64,000 bases of DNA, from positions 5,332,001 through 5,396,000 of the forward strand of contig JBHGNT010000008.1 of the NCBI GenBank assembly GCA_043228905.1, in the 5' to 3' direction. The notes beneath the pieces were generated by a model, which did no database searches, was not told the origin of the DNA, and worked only from the letters and a program-made list of their open reading frames with translations. The translations under genes were made by a program, and so were the position numbers. Source of the stretch: Azolla caroliniana (taxonomy: Eukaryota; Plantae; Polypodiophyta). Position 1 is the first letter of the stretch. The number at the start of each line of letters is the position of its first letter. Below, piece by piece: positions 1-12,653 of this stretch.

Positions 1-2288
1 CCTCGGAAGGCATATCTATGGATCCAGCTAAAGTCCAAACTATGTTAGAGTGACAAACTGTACGTTTGTTGCGAGATGCGCAATGCTTTTTAGGATTTGC
101 AAATTTCTATCGCAAGTTTATACAGGACTACTCAAAGCTTATTTTACCACTCACACAACTTACAAAGAAGGGACAATCATTTGTTTGTTCTAAGGAAGCA
201 GACACGACTTTTGAAGGTCTCAAGAAAGCATTTACATCGGCTCCTGTTCTAGCTCATGTTGATCCACAAAAACCATTTATCATTGAGGTAGACACGTCAG
301 ATTTCGCCCTCGATAGTATGTTGTCACAGCAGGGGATGATGAGAAGCTACATCCCATGGCTTTGCACTCGCGCAAATTTGACGTCGCCAAAATCAACTAT
401 GAGATACATGAAAAGGAGCTATTAGCAATAGTGGACTCTTTTGCACAATGGAGGCATTTTTAGAAGGATGTCTGCATCAAGGCACTGCATTTAATGATCA
501 CAAAAATCTGGCCTACTTCCAGAATTCTCGCGTGTTAAATAGACAACAAGATCGGTGGGCTCAGTTCCTCACTTGTTTCAACTTCAAGATTACATATTGT
601 CTGGGCAAGCAGAAGGGAAGGAAGATGCATTATCATGACGCTCATATCTAGCTCCTTGTCTTGGTGATCCAGCCTTCGACAATCAAAAGCAAGTAATCCT
701 GGGTCTAACACGACTTCAAGCAACGTAGGTTTTTGATACTCCATTGGATTCCCGCATTATTGATACCATACGTGAAGATTTGAAGACATATGTTTTTGTT
801 CAAGCTATTCTAGATCAAATCGATCCCTCTCGAGCATCTTGTTCACGGTGACAACAACCAGGTATGTATTATCAACAATTCAAATGTCATGATGGTTTAC
901 TCTTCTTTAAGAAACTTTTGTATGTTCCCAATGGTTCTTGTCGCCTTCAAATAGTACAAAATTATCATGACACATACACATCCGAACATTTTGGTAGTAC
1001 TAAAACGTTGGATTTATTACAACGATAATTTTGGTGGCCTTATATGTGAAGATTTGTCGAAGACTATGTTCGGACATGTGATACATGTTGTAGCGTGAAG
1101 ATGCCTCGACATCATCCATATGGTTTGTTGGAGCCATTACTGATCCCAAGCAAACTGTGACAATCTATTTCTCTAGATTTTATCACAAATCTTCCGGATT
1201 CGAAGGACTTCAATGGGATCTTAACATTGGTAGATCAATATACTAAGATGGCACATTTTGTGCCATGTACTAAAGAAATCATTAGTGCCGGAACCACAGG
1301 ATTTGTTATGCGTGAAGTATTTCGGCATCATGGTCTTCTTGATAGTATCATCCGTGATTGTGGACCTCAATTCGTCTCTAAATTTTGGAAGCATGTCTTC
1401 AAAATGCTCAAGGTCACTTGCAATCTCTCCTCCGTCTATCATCCCCAAACAAATGGACAAGCAAAACGTACCAATCAAACGTTGGAACAATATATTCGGT
1501 GTTTCCTAAGCTATCAACAAGATGATTGGGCAGATATTCTACACTTTGTTGAATTTGCTTATAATAATTCTATCCACTCCTCTACTAGGGTTACACCATT
1601 CTACGCTTATACCGACTATCATCCTGGTTGGTGTGTGTTAGAAACTCCTGAGTTATCCACAAATCCTAATGCAGCGGATCATTTGGAGAGGCTACGACGA
1701 ATTGAAGCAGAACGATCTATCCATCTACATCGCACCCAACAAACACATAAGGACTATGAGGATCGTCATCGGCTTCAATCTTCTTTTGATATTGGAGATC
1801 GAGTATGGCTATTACGATGACACATCAAGACTACTCGACCGTGTGAAAAAATGGATTATCGACGGTTAGGGCCTTTCCATATTAACGGAAAATTTAACGA
1901 TGTCACTTTTTGCCTTCATCTACCTCCACAACTACAGATACATCTAATATTTCATAGTTCTCTTCTAGAACTCTATCGGGAAAACAATATCCCAGATCGT
2001 ATTACACCACCTCCACCCCTGATCGAACTTGAAGATGGACCTGAGTACGAGGTTGCTGCCATCGTCGATTTCAAGATGGTTCGCAACAAGCTCTATTATT
2101 TAGTCGATTGGCTAGGATATACTCCAAGCGAGCGTACTTGGGAATCAATGAAGAATTTGGTGAATGTTCAAACTCTTCTTGAAGACTTCCATCGTCAATA
2201 TCTAGACAAACCAAGTCCTCAAATAAAGACGACTCGTAACACTCGTCGTTTAAAGGGGGAAATATTGTCATCATATGGCATGGTATGA
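1..2288 (+). pseudogene. pol remnant (RT-RNase H-integrase-chromodomain) with many stops and frameshifts
   Basis: ORFs 66-425, 448-651, 1227-1820 and 1851-2288 are consecutive pieces of one polyprotein. Confidence 0.92.
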
Positions 2289-2705
2289 CTCCAAAAGGGT
2301 TTGAACCCATGACCTTGTGTTACAAGGGTTGAACCCTTACCATTAAACCATGCATTGTAATAAAAAAATATTATTTTCATTTACTATTTCACTATAGGAA
2401 ATTCATGTATAATCCAGATTAACCTAGAACATTCTAAAAACTTCAGGAGTATTCTTGACAGTACTATAAATAGAGGCACATGGCATTATTAAGAACCAAT
2501 TCGGTTCAACGCTAGTCTTAAGCCTCCTTGTTGTTCTTGTGTCTTTCTTCGTATAATATAATATACTTCCTATTGTCATCACACACACTCTCTCTCTCTT
2601 CCCCGCTGTGATTCTCATCCACTCTTTCCCTTCTTAGTACTAATCCTCATTCTTCTCCTCTATCCTTAGTACTAATTCTCCTTGCCTCTAGTATTATCCC
2701 CGACA
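2266..2705 (+). repeat. 3' LTR of chromovirus copy A
   Basis: Follows the PPT; TATA (CTATAAAT ~2464); GGTTCAACGC-AGTCTTAAGCCTC block and TAGTACTA repeats shared with the LTRs at 10952 and 63350. Confidence 0.88.
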
Positions 2706-5622
2706 ATGGAAAGGAATACTTTTCCGGCCAGTTGAATTGTTATCTACAACAAATAGTGTTAATAATTAGGTAATTAACTAGGGTTAATTAGTGATTAATT
2801 ATGTGATTAGTTAGACAATAGAAGGTTATGTGCTATGTGTGTGAGAGGAAGATACATTTATGAACAATAATATAAATGGGGGATGATTGACGAGAGTGTA
2901 TATTAAAAAGCATCATCAAATACAAAAATACCCACAATGAAGTATATATACTAAGTTGTATGTCCTATATTAAATGAACATGGGAGTGAAGGATCTACAA
3001 TGTATCAAGTACAAAATCCTATTTAAGGCTTTAAGGTCAACACACTAACTAGATTATATCTAGGTAACTACTAAGTTACGTGTGTTGACTAACTAACTAA
3101 ATTTAGTTGAGCTTGATATCTCAATACGCCCCCTCAACCTCAAGTGTGAGGCATCTGACGTCTGCTTTGGCTTTTGTTGGCTACCGTCCAACTTTCGGCT
3201 TTCGGCTTTCTTCGGCATTTCTGAGGCAGTTTCACTTCCTCCCGGTGACGAAGGCTTGTATCGTGAATTGGGCGAAGGCCGACTTCTTCCGCCCATCATG
3301 GGTCACGAGCTGCTTCGGTAGAGCTGCTTAGGATTGTCCTTCGGTAAAGGACTTGGCCGAATATCGTCCTCGGAGTTGACATTCAACTCTTCCTCGGTCG
3401 GATCGGCTCGAGCCGAATCGGGCTCATAACATGATGCCAATTTGTTGAAGACTACGTCTCGACTCACTCGAACCGCTCAGATCGAGGGGTTAAATCACTT
3501 GTATGGTTTTTTCTCGGATGAGTATCCTACGAGGATACATTTCACCGACTTCACGTCGGGCTTCTGTCGGTTTTCGTTCGGGATGCGTACATTCACAATG
3601 CTTTCGAACACCTTGAGGTACGACAGGATCAACTTCCTTCTGACAAGGAGCTCGTATGGAGTTAGCTCATGCACTCCATTAGTGGTGTATTGATTCATGA
3701 GATAGACAGTCGTGGATTGCGCTTCAGCCCAATAGAAGTTCAACATGTGCTTCTCATGCATCATGGCGCATGCTACCTCGAGTATTTGCCGATTCCTCCT
3801 TTCGATGACTCCATTTTGTTGGGGTGTGTGTGGGCATGAGAATTCTCTTCGAATGCCTTCACCTCGAAGGTAGGTCCAGATGAATCTGTCGGGGAAGTAC
3901 TCCATGCCTCCATCCAATAACAGGCATCAAATATGCCGACCTGTTTCTTTTTCGACTTGGCCCTTGAGCTTTTGGAAGTGGGAGAGCACTTCTCTCTTCT
4001 TCTTCATCGGGAAGATCCACGTGTAGCAGTGTCGTGAAGATTTTCGGCGATGGTGTGAAAATTGCGAGGAAAATACAAAATCGAGTGTGGTTCTTCACAC
4101 AAGACATGAAACAATAATAATGAAGATACTAATTTAGATTATCTTAATATCTTGGTACGGGCAGGTGGAGGTCTTCAAGAGCTTCCAAATGTACTTTACT
4201 ACATTTGTAACAGACAACTAAATGTCAAGTTATGTGAATGGGATGTTTGAGAAAAAGAAGAGAAAAACAAAACTATGAGATATCCCACATAGATTGGACA
4301 CATTAGGATCCCACAGTATATAATCAGAGCCAGAACTTATTACTTTCAGTCTATGTGTGGAGCATAGAATGTTCTTGGGCTAAATTGTGGCTTAACGACT
4401 TGTGATAGTTTTGGAGGACCGGACCGAATGGACGGCGACAGAGCCGGAACCGGAATCGGAACCGAAACCAAAACTAGAGAAGATCAGATCACCGGGTCAG
4501 ATGCAGACCGGATAGACAGATCGATCAGATAGGTTGATCGCGACGATTTCGGTGTGAAACAAACAAAAATCATCTAGACTAAAAACACCTAGTAAGAATT
4601 TGTATTCAAAGGGATGTAAGCAAGGCTCGAATCCTACACCTCCAAGATAAGAGGCAATAAACTTACCACTAAGCCAAGTCGTTTCCTTGGTAATATTTTT
4701 TCTACCATTATAGTTTCACATGTAAATTCTCATATTAGAGCTTGATTGAGTGATATGGTTATCATGCATCACGTGTAATGCATGAGCGCCAAATGGCAAA
4801 CATGCATCACATGCATTCCATGCGTTGTATGCATGTCTTGTAGCCTCACATGTATCATATACATGGGGGCATCTATAAAAGAGTGGATGAAAAAGATCAA
4901 AAAGAGGGCTATGTAGGAATCAAGAATTTAATAAGAAGAAAATTCATTATCCAAATGATGATATATCCTGTTCTTCAAATCTAAAGTCAAGGGTTCAATC
5001 TTAATCTCTGTCCATATTTCAATCTCTCTCAATCTAAAGTCAAGCGTTCTATCTTATCTCAATCTCTCTCTCTTTCAATCTATCTTAAATACTTTCTTGC
5101 TAAAGCTACTACAAACTTCGAATCCTTCCAGTCTAGAACCCCGGTGGTCCCGCCTCACAATCTGCATGTAGTGACGAATTTTTCACGACAGCGGGAGTAG
5201 TCGTCGATGAAGGTGACATAGTATCGGCATCCGCCGATCATCGGCGTTTGAGCAGGTCCCCATATATCCGAATGTATGATGTCAAGGAGGCCTTTGCTTA
5301 CGTAACTCTCCTTAGGGAATGGGATTCGATGTTATTTGTGGAGTTGACATGCTTCACACACTCTGTCGGCTCGTTTCGACTCAAAGGTCGGAAATCCGAT
5401 GACGACTCCCTTTGATTGCATTGCTCAAAGCCGTTGGAGGTTTATGTGGCATATTCTCTTACGCCACAACTCGATGTTCATCTCGGTTTTGAGACCTTTG
5501 GCATACCTGGCCAATTTCACCTCATTTGAATCACGAATGAACATTCAGTCGTCTCTCTGTCCCTTAGCTATGAGTCGACCATCTTTCTCAATGAAGCATC
5601 CTTTGTGGTTGAACCGAACTTG
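2706..5622 (-). mobile_element. Ty1/copia remnant A: gag-pre-integrase/integrase, internally deleted, with part of the 3' LTR
   Basis: Minus strand encodes HSDIWGP..YYVTFIDDYSR|YTWIF, PHTPQQNGVIERRNR and KCILVGY; PPT GAGGGGGCG at ~3126-3134 followed by an AT-rich LTR-like segment ~2706-3123; interrupted by the 4030-5190 insertion. Outer boundaries approximate. Confidence 0.8.
4030..5190 (+). mobile_element. Solo LTR (1161 bp) inserted in copia integrase
   Basis: Ends TGTCGTGAA...TTCACGACA; 4-bp TSD GCAG/GCGG whose removal restores DDYSR-YTWIF; TATA CTATAAAA ~4873 followed by a CT-rich tract. Confidence 0.82.
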
Positions 5623-6314
5623 CATGCCAAGGTGTTGGCTTTCTCAACGGTCCAATTTTCTCGCATTTCTACAAGGGCCCCCGATTTGTCATTTCACACC
5701 TGTCCACCCGCCCTCACCATCGATTCTACGATTGTCAGGTCGTCGTACCCGATCTCCCCCGACGAGAATGCGAAAGCTTTCCTGTGCCTTCCGAACATGC
5801 TCCGAAACCGGTCCTCCTCCGCCAGCAGTAGTAAGCCACGCCCACCGATCTTCAGTTCCAATAGCGTCTCGTCAGTGAAGCGGTGCCCTATGCCGGTTGG
5901 ATTCCGTAAACTTGGGTCTGACGCGACCCCCTTCATCCGCTCCTTGCTGCCCTCAGGCAAGGGAGCCGTGACTGGCCTCGCCTTCTGGTCCATAGTCTTG
6001 TACTTGGTGTTGACATCAGTCGTCCTATCGGGCCCGACCATCTCTCTGAAGTCTGCAACGACTTCGTACATTTCCAGGGAACCGACTAGAATCACCCGGT
6101 CTCCGCTTAGGCCTTCTTCGGCTACCCTTCTGATTTCTCCAAGGGTATCGTCGAACGAGACCACCTCCACGACACCGCTAATCTCGTCGTCGGAGCTAAG
6201 AGCACCACATGCCCTTAAACACTCATCGGTCTGTCTCTTTTCCCGGCCGATGATGCCAGTTATAGTACAACCTCCGCCCTCGAAGAACCAATACTTCCTA
6301 CCTATGGTACAGGT

Positions 6315-6380
6315 GTGGGGTTTCTCTGGGGTGTCCGGACTATCGCGACCCCACGCTTTGGTAGCGCTCTCTAAAAATCC
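6315..6380 (-). promoter_or_regulatory. Candidate -1 ribosomal frameshift signal (G GAU UUU UAG plus downstream pairing) of G1
   Basis: GGATTTT at 6380-6374 directly before the protease-frame stop; the -1 frame is open into ORF 5694-6170; GTGGGGT (6354-6348) is complementary to ACCCCAC (6321-6315). Confidence 0.7.
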
Positions 6381-7920
6381 TCTCGGCCATCGCAGCCGAG
6401 AGACTCACGGCTACGCTCGTGGTTCGGTCTCATTGTCAGAAACAGGACAGAATGTCATCTGTCTTGGCTCTTCACTCACGCGTACGCCGAACCGTTGTCC
6501 AACACCTTAGTCTCCATGCGGGCAGCCATGATGTAAGGTTCGCCCAAAATCACCGGATACGAGGACGTTTCTTGCACGAAGAAATGTTGATCTATCTCAA
6601 CGTCCCTGATCTTCACCCGGACATTTGGGCATGCCTCGTGCAACTCTTCCATGGCGCGCGTAGCTACACGTATCTTCCACCCGTGTTTGGTGTTGATCGG
6701 CCACTTCCCTTTCTTGTAGAAATCCATAGACATCAGGTTGATTTCGGATCCATGGTCTATCAGGGCCACCACCGGTTCTTGGACGTTCCCTATCTGGACA
6801 GGGGTCTCCATAGTTGCTCTTGCCCAATGTGGTCTCAGGTAATGGCTCTCCGAAAACTCATCCTCCACGGCCGCATCATCTAGGTGCGTCGTTCTTACCT
6901 CCGCTGGCATCTCCGTCTTCGGCTCCGCCGCCAGATGCTTCTGCTTCAGCAAGTCTACGATGGAGTCGTGGAACTCCTTGGCGATTCCCAACACTTCTCT
7001 CAGAGACAACTCCACCATGGTATCAAGGATCCGTTCTTCAAGGACTTTCCGTAAGTCCTTCGCCCTTTCTATTTCGGAGCCTAGCCGGCTACCTGGTAGC
7101 TTTGATCTTTCTTGTGAGTCGGGGCTGCCGGCGTCATTTCTTTTCAGCATGCTCCGCCGCGCCTCGTACCGGCCGAAGGGCCCGGCTCCTCCGCCTTTTC
7201 CCACTCGCTTATCTTCCACCAGAACTTCGTAGTTCTGGCACGCCGCTTCTACGAAACTGGTCCTTTCCTCAACTAGATCGTCCCATCCCGTAACCTCCCA
7301 GACTCACATCTCTGTGCGGTCCGCTTCCTCCTTCGTTACCCTTACCCTAGCACCAACGTTCAGAACCCGGATTCCTTCACCCTTTGACTACCATCACCTC
7401 CGACCCGGATGGTAGCCGACGCCGAATAGTGGACGGCCTTGATGTGTCTCATCGCGGCGTCTTCCATCAATTGCTTCATTCTACCTCGACTGGTATTCAA
7501 CTCTAGGGATTTTCAGGTCTCACATGCATGTACCTATCCGTTCCACAGATACACTACATCACTTCTGAGTGCCTCAGCGAAGTCGGCACACTCTCTCTGG
7601 ACGTGATCGGCCCCATTGCACCACATGCATCGTTGGTCGGTTGGAGGCCTCTGATCGCGAGACGGTTCTCCGCTTTCTCTCCAGGCCTATGCGATTTGGA
7701 GATCACGTACCATCTTCGTCAGCTCTTCCAAAGCTGTGCCCCCGGACATGCCTTTGACCATATCGGTTGGGGCCGGGCCCAACTCGAGCCACCTTCGAGT
7801 CTCTTCTATCTGTGTTGGAATCAACTCTTCCAACTTCTTCCCATTTCCCGGGCCGGTCATCGGAGACACCAGATCACTCCATTCTCGCCGTTTGTCAAAA
7901 CGGCTACAAACCCCTTTTAT

Positions 7921-8578
7921 TGTTGGGAAGACGGTCCCTCCGGATGGGATCCAGTTATGCATGAAGAAGACCCGGTGAAACCTGGAAGAGATCCGGAAAC
8001 CGGATTGGATGGACCTGGTGAGAACCGGAAGAGATCCGGATACCGGAACGGATGGACCCGGTGAGAACTAAAAGAGATCCGGAAACCGGATTGAAGGACT
8101 CGGTGAGAACTAGAAGAGAAGACATATTTGTAAATATGTTTAGAGTAAGCCTATTGAGGCTATATTTGTAAATAGCCCTAAGTTCATACAAGTATAAATA
8201 TGACTTAGGGCAATCACTTTAAGTGTGGTTGTCATATTGTTGTATGTGCATAACTATTGTATAGATAGTGACAAAGAAAAAGATAGAGAGAGAGAGGAGA
8301 TACAGAGCGATACTCTGTTGTAACCGCCACTTGGCGAAGAAACAGAGCTTGAGGTCGTTGCCTCCGAGTCTTTGATTGTACCTCTCTCATACAGTGATAG
8401 TTTGGAGTCTGTGGGCTCCCGTGGGTTTTTCCCTATTAGAGTTTTCCACGTAAACATCCTGTGTACTTTCATTTGGTGTACGTGTATTTATCTCTATTCC
8501 CATTTTTGTGTTTGATCCCGAAAGGAAGTGATATGAGACTCGGTTGTGGCTGAGCAGTATTCCACGCTATTCTCGTCC
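7921..8578 (+). mobile_element. Solo LTR of a copia family related to Copia B, inserted in G1 gag
   Basis: Starts TGTTGGGAAGACGGTCCCTCCGGATGGGA, similar to the Copia B LTR start; shares the GTCTGTGGG..TTTTCCACGT..ACATCCTGTGTACT block; TSD TTTAT/TTTAG; right end mutated to ..GTCC; removal restores the gag frame. Confidence 0.8.
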
Positions 8579-8949
8579 TTTAGCATGGCCCAATCGGCCG
8601 TGAGCCCTTCATCCGTCTCTAGTAGGGGGCCCACATTCTCCTGATCGCGCATGTCTTCCGACTTGATGAATAGTAGGATCCGGCTCGTATCGAGCACGGT
8701 TCGGTCCAGTGTCGACAGCCGAGCGAATCGTCTCTCGAATTCCTGGAGTAAAACCAATGTGTTCCTCCCCTTCCTGGGGCTCTCGACCCACTCCATGAAC
8801 TCCCGCTTCGATAGTCGAAGCGAGTCGTCGAAACTATACCTCTCGAGGAGCCGTCCTTCGAACTCCTACCAGTTCGTGCAGCCAGCCCGTACCTCGAGCA
8901 CCTCCATATGAATGCTAGGTGTCACCACCCGAGGGAATCTGGACAATAG

Positions 8950-9636
8950 TGACAGGAACTACACGCTCCCTATGCGCAACGCTCGGCCACAACCGAGCTT
9001 AGAATCATACACAGGAAACGGGAAATGAAAGCACGACACAATGGAGAGAGGAGTACACAGGATGTTAACGTGGAAAACCCAAACTAGGGAAAAACCACGG
9101 CAACCCACAGACTGCAAACTATCACTATATCAAAATGTACAATAGTGAAGCACCGAGGCAACGACCTCGAGCTTGCTATCTTCGCCACAGGCGGACGTTA
9201 CAACAGAGATACGAACTCTTCGTCTCTTTCTCTCTCTCTCTCTCTCTCTGTACACAGTTGCGCTATAATCTTGCACCAACAAGAATAACGACTCACAATA
9301 AGAGAGTTTGCCCTAAGTCATATGTATACTAATATGACTTTTCGGTTATTTACACATATAGCCCCGATGGACTCTCAGGAAACATATTTATGAATATGTC
9401 CCTTCATCCGGTGAGCACTCCTCACCGGGCCTGCATCATCCGGCACTTGCCGGGTACTCGTCATCCGGTTTTCACTGGGTCTTCCGTTACCGGGTACTCA
9501 TCCAGTTCTCACCGGGTCTTCCGTAGCTGCGTACTCCTCATCCGGTTCTCACCGGGTCTTCCGTAGCCGGGTACACCACATCCAGTTTCTGTTCTGTTCT
9601 TCTCAATTCCCATTTGGAGGGACCTGTTTCCTAACA
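8950..9636 (-). repeat. Copia B 3' LTR
   Basis: Direct repeat of 24676-25327 with roughly two dozen substitutions by eye and one extra ~35-bp CCGG-rich repeat unit. Confidence 0.95.
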
Positions 9637-11397
9637 AACTCCCCCTTCACTCCGACATGGGATGTCTTACTAGTCCGATCCGCTTCCGGCATGCATCCAG
9701 CTTGTCGGGTATCAGTACTTTGGTTAGCATATTGACCCGTTCACGGCCGTGTGGATCTTCGTCAGCGCAAACTCCTAGTCATCTACTCTTTGCCGGATCC
9801 AGTGATACCTTCGCTGAATATGATTCATCCAGGAATGGTAGGCCACATTCTTAGCAAGGTGGATGGCACTTTGACTGTCGCAATAGAGCCGGTATTCATC
9901 TTGTCGGATACCGAGCTCTCCGATGAAGTCCTTCATCCATAATATTTCCTTGCCGGCTTCCACAGCCGCCATGTATTCTACTTCCGTGGTTGACAATGCA
10001 ACCGTCTTTTGCAGCCTCAACTGCCACGAAAAAGCTCCCCCTGCATATGTCATTACATATCCGGATGTAGACCGGTTGGTATCCACATCAGCCGACATGT
10101 CCGAATCGGTAAAACCGTCAAGTTGAGGTTTTTTGGAGCCGAATTGGAGACACATATTTGAAGTGCCCTTCAAGTACTAGAGTATCCATTTGATCGCGTT
10201 TCAGTGCTCCTTGCTGGATTGCTCATAAACCGGCTCACCACTCCGACTGCGTATCCTATATCCGGTCGGGTACACACCATTGCATACATTAAGCTCCCGA
10301 TGGCAGAGGCATATGGAACCTTCATCATATCCGCCTTCTCTGCTTTCATCTTAGGGCTTTGCTTACCGGATAACCTGCAGTTTGCCGAAAGTGTCAATCC
10401 GACCGGTTTCGCATCTGACATGTTGAACCGTTGAAGCACCTTTGTCACGTACTTCTCCTGTGACAGCAACAATTGCTTCATTGACCGGTTCCGGATAATA
10501 TGCATCCCCAGCATCTGTCTTGCCGGACCCAAGTCTTTCATTGAGAAGGTCCGGTTGAGAACCTTCTTCAGCATCGTATTTTGGCTTGGTCCCCTCCGAC
10601 GATCAACATGTCGTCCACGTACAGAAGGAGTATTAGGAAGTCGCCTCCATCGAACTTCTTCACAAACACACAATGATCAGCCTGTGTCTTGTGGTACCCT
10701 TGATCGGTCATGAAGGAATCAAACTTCCGGTACCATTGTCAGGGAGCCTGCTTCAGTCCATACAGGCTCTTCTTCAACCGGCATACCAGGTGCTCCTTCC
10801 CTTTCTCCACGAATCCTTTCGGTTGTTGCATGTAGATCTCCTCTTCGAGGCCACCGTGAAGGAATGTCGTCTTCACGTCCAGCTGCTCTACCTCGAGGTC
10901 CATGCTTGCCACTATACTCAGCACCGTCCAGATGGAGGTCACCTTTGCTAGTGTCATGATATGGCAAGACTCGAAGCCATGACTTTATGCTACATGGGTC
11001 GAGCTCTTACCATTAGACTATGAATTGTATTTTGTAGGATATTATTTTCATTTATACTTTATCATAGAAAATTGATGTATATTCCAGATCTCTCTGGAAC
11101 ATTCTAGAAGCTTCAGGATTATTCCTAAAAACACTATAAAAGGAGGCACAAGGCATTGTTTTGAACCAAATTGGTTCAACGCCAGTCTTAAGCCTCTTAG
11201 CCGCTTGTACTTATCTTTTCACATAATATATTAGCTCCTGTCATCATCTCTCTCTCTCTCTCATTCTCGCTATCTCTCTCTCTCCTCTTCTCACTTTCTC
11301 TCTCGGGAATCTTACGCAGTCCCGTCCTCTTAGTACTAATAGTACTGTTGTTCTTTAGTACTAATTCCATCTCTGTTTTAGTACTATTCCTGACAGT

Positions 11398-11409
11398 TTG
11401 AACCAATTT
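11398..11409 (+). promoter_or_regulatory. Self-priming PBS (no tRNA complement)
   Basis: TTGAACCAATTT is the exact reverse complement of AAATTGGTTCAA (11168-11179), which lies ~30 nt downstream of the LTR TATA box (11135-11141). Confidence 0.8.
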
Positions 11410-11463
11410 TTCCTCTAGCCTACTTGTCACTCTCCCTCATCCTCCTACCCTTTTCCCTATACT

Positions 11464-12621
11464 ATGGCTACTGTTAGCGCCCAAGAATACCAATCCGTTT
11501 TCTCCGAGCTACAGTGCCTAAAAGAAAAGTTTGTTGCCCTGGAACAAGAAAACCAATGGCTGATAGGGGATCTGCAACAAATCACTCTAGAAAAACAACA
11601 AACGCAACAACAACATGGGGAGTTAGCATTACGGGTACAACAACTCGAAGCAGCGTTGCAACAACAAGGATCCAGTCCCCAAGGATTTCATAAAGAGCCC
11701 AACATTGGACTTCCTGTGAAATTTGATGGAACGCGTTCGCAATTCCGGGGATTCCGTAATCAGGTACGCTTAGTCATCCAGATGCATCCTTCCCGATATC
11801 CCACTGATGCATCTCGAGTCGGCCTAATAGGCACACTACTTAGCGGCTGAGCCTTGGCATGGTTCGCTCCGCTTCTAGAAAAACAATCGCCCTTGCTTAA
11901 TAACTTTGAAGATTTTATTAGTGAGTTTAAAGCTTGCTTTGGAGACACCGACAGCATCAGGACGGCGATCAACAAGATCCGGCGATTGCATCAAGGCGAT
12001 CGTCCAGCCTCTGCCTACGCGGCGGATTTCTGCCTACTTGCTTCAGATATACCGTGGGATGATCAAGCACTAATGGAGCAGTTTCGCTATGGCTTGCGAA
12101 ACGATGTCAAAGATCTACTTCTAACTTTCCCCGAAGAACCAAAGTCTCTTACGGAGGCAATCAGTCGAGCAGTTCGATGTGACAACCGCCTTTTTGAACG
12201 GCGTTCAGAACGTCAATTACAGATACCACACTCTAGGCCAGAGCCCACTTACGCCGCAGTCGCGGCTAAACCGTTTGCACGAGACATACCTCAAGCAAAT
12301 ACTTCGACACCGATGGAGATCGATACAATGCGTCGACGCGGCCCGTTATCGGAAGAAGAAAAGCAACGACGATGTGCCAATCGATTATGTCTTTATTGCG
12401 GTGGACTAGGACATATCGCCATCAATTGTCCCCATAGGCCAAGAAGACAGGTAAATCAAATCGTCGCCTGTACTAAACCCGAGTCAATTCTTCCCTTCGG
12501 AGTGTCTGATAGTATTAATAGTACTAATAGAGTGTCAGATAGTATTCATAGTACTAATAGCCCAAGTATCTCAAATAAATTTGAAATCCTTAGTCAATTA
12601 GATGAAGAGTTAAACGATTGA
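11464..12621 (+). pseudogene. Chromovirus gag (coiled coil, Ty3/PEG10-like capsid, CCHC knuckle) with one in-frame TGA at 11848-11850
   Basis: ORFs 11464-11850 and 11854-12621 are in the same frame; motifs PVKFDGTRSQFRGF and FRYGLRNDVKD. Confidence 0.92.
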
Positions 12622-12653
12622 GTCCAGCCAAAATAGGAGCCATTTGGTTGGAC
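12609..12653 (+). promoter_or_regulatory. Candidate gag-pol -1 frameshift signal G UUA AAC plus 11-bp stem
   Basis: Heptamer 12609-12615, 6-nt spacer, stem GTCCAGCCAAA (12622-32) / TTTGGTTGGAC (12643-53); pol is in the -1 frame; the same heptamer and stem occur at 59816-59859. Confidence 0.78.

Larger units (their letters stand above)
1..2705 (+). mobile_element. Ty3/gypsy chromovirus (Tcn1-like), copy A: 3' part only, degenerate
   Basis: RT end/RNase H (FLGFANFYRKFI, DHKNL), integrase (VDQYTKMAHF, HPQTNGQ), chromodomain (EYEVAAIVD..YYLVDWLGY..TWE); PPT TAAAGGGGGA at 2251-2260; 3' LTR TGTCA..CGACA at 2266-2705. Homologous to copies at 10952 and 57513. Confidence 0.93.

Noticed and set aside
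5399-6883. Long plus-strand ORFs (159, 301 and 154 aa)
   Set aside because: Antisense shadows of minus-strand copia and gypsy coding sequence that run across element junctions.
10960-11025. Calling the A/B-box cassettes true tRNA genes
   Set aside because: Acceptor, anticodon and T stems do not pair consistently; only promoter geometry is retained, so they are reported as tRNA-like.
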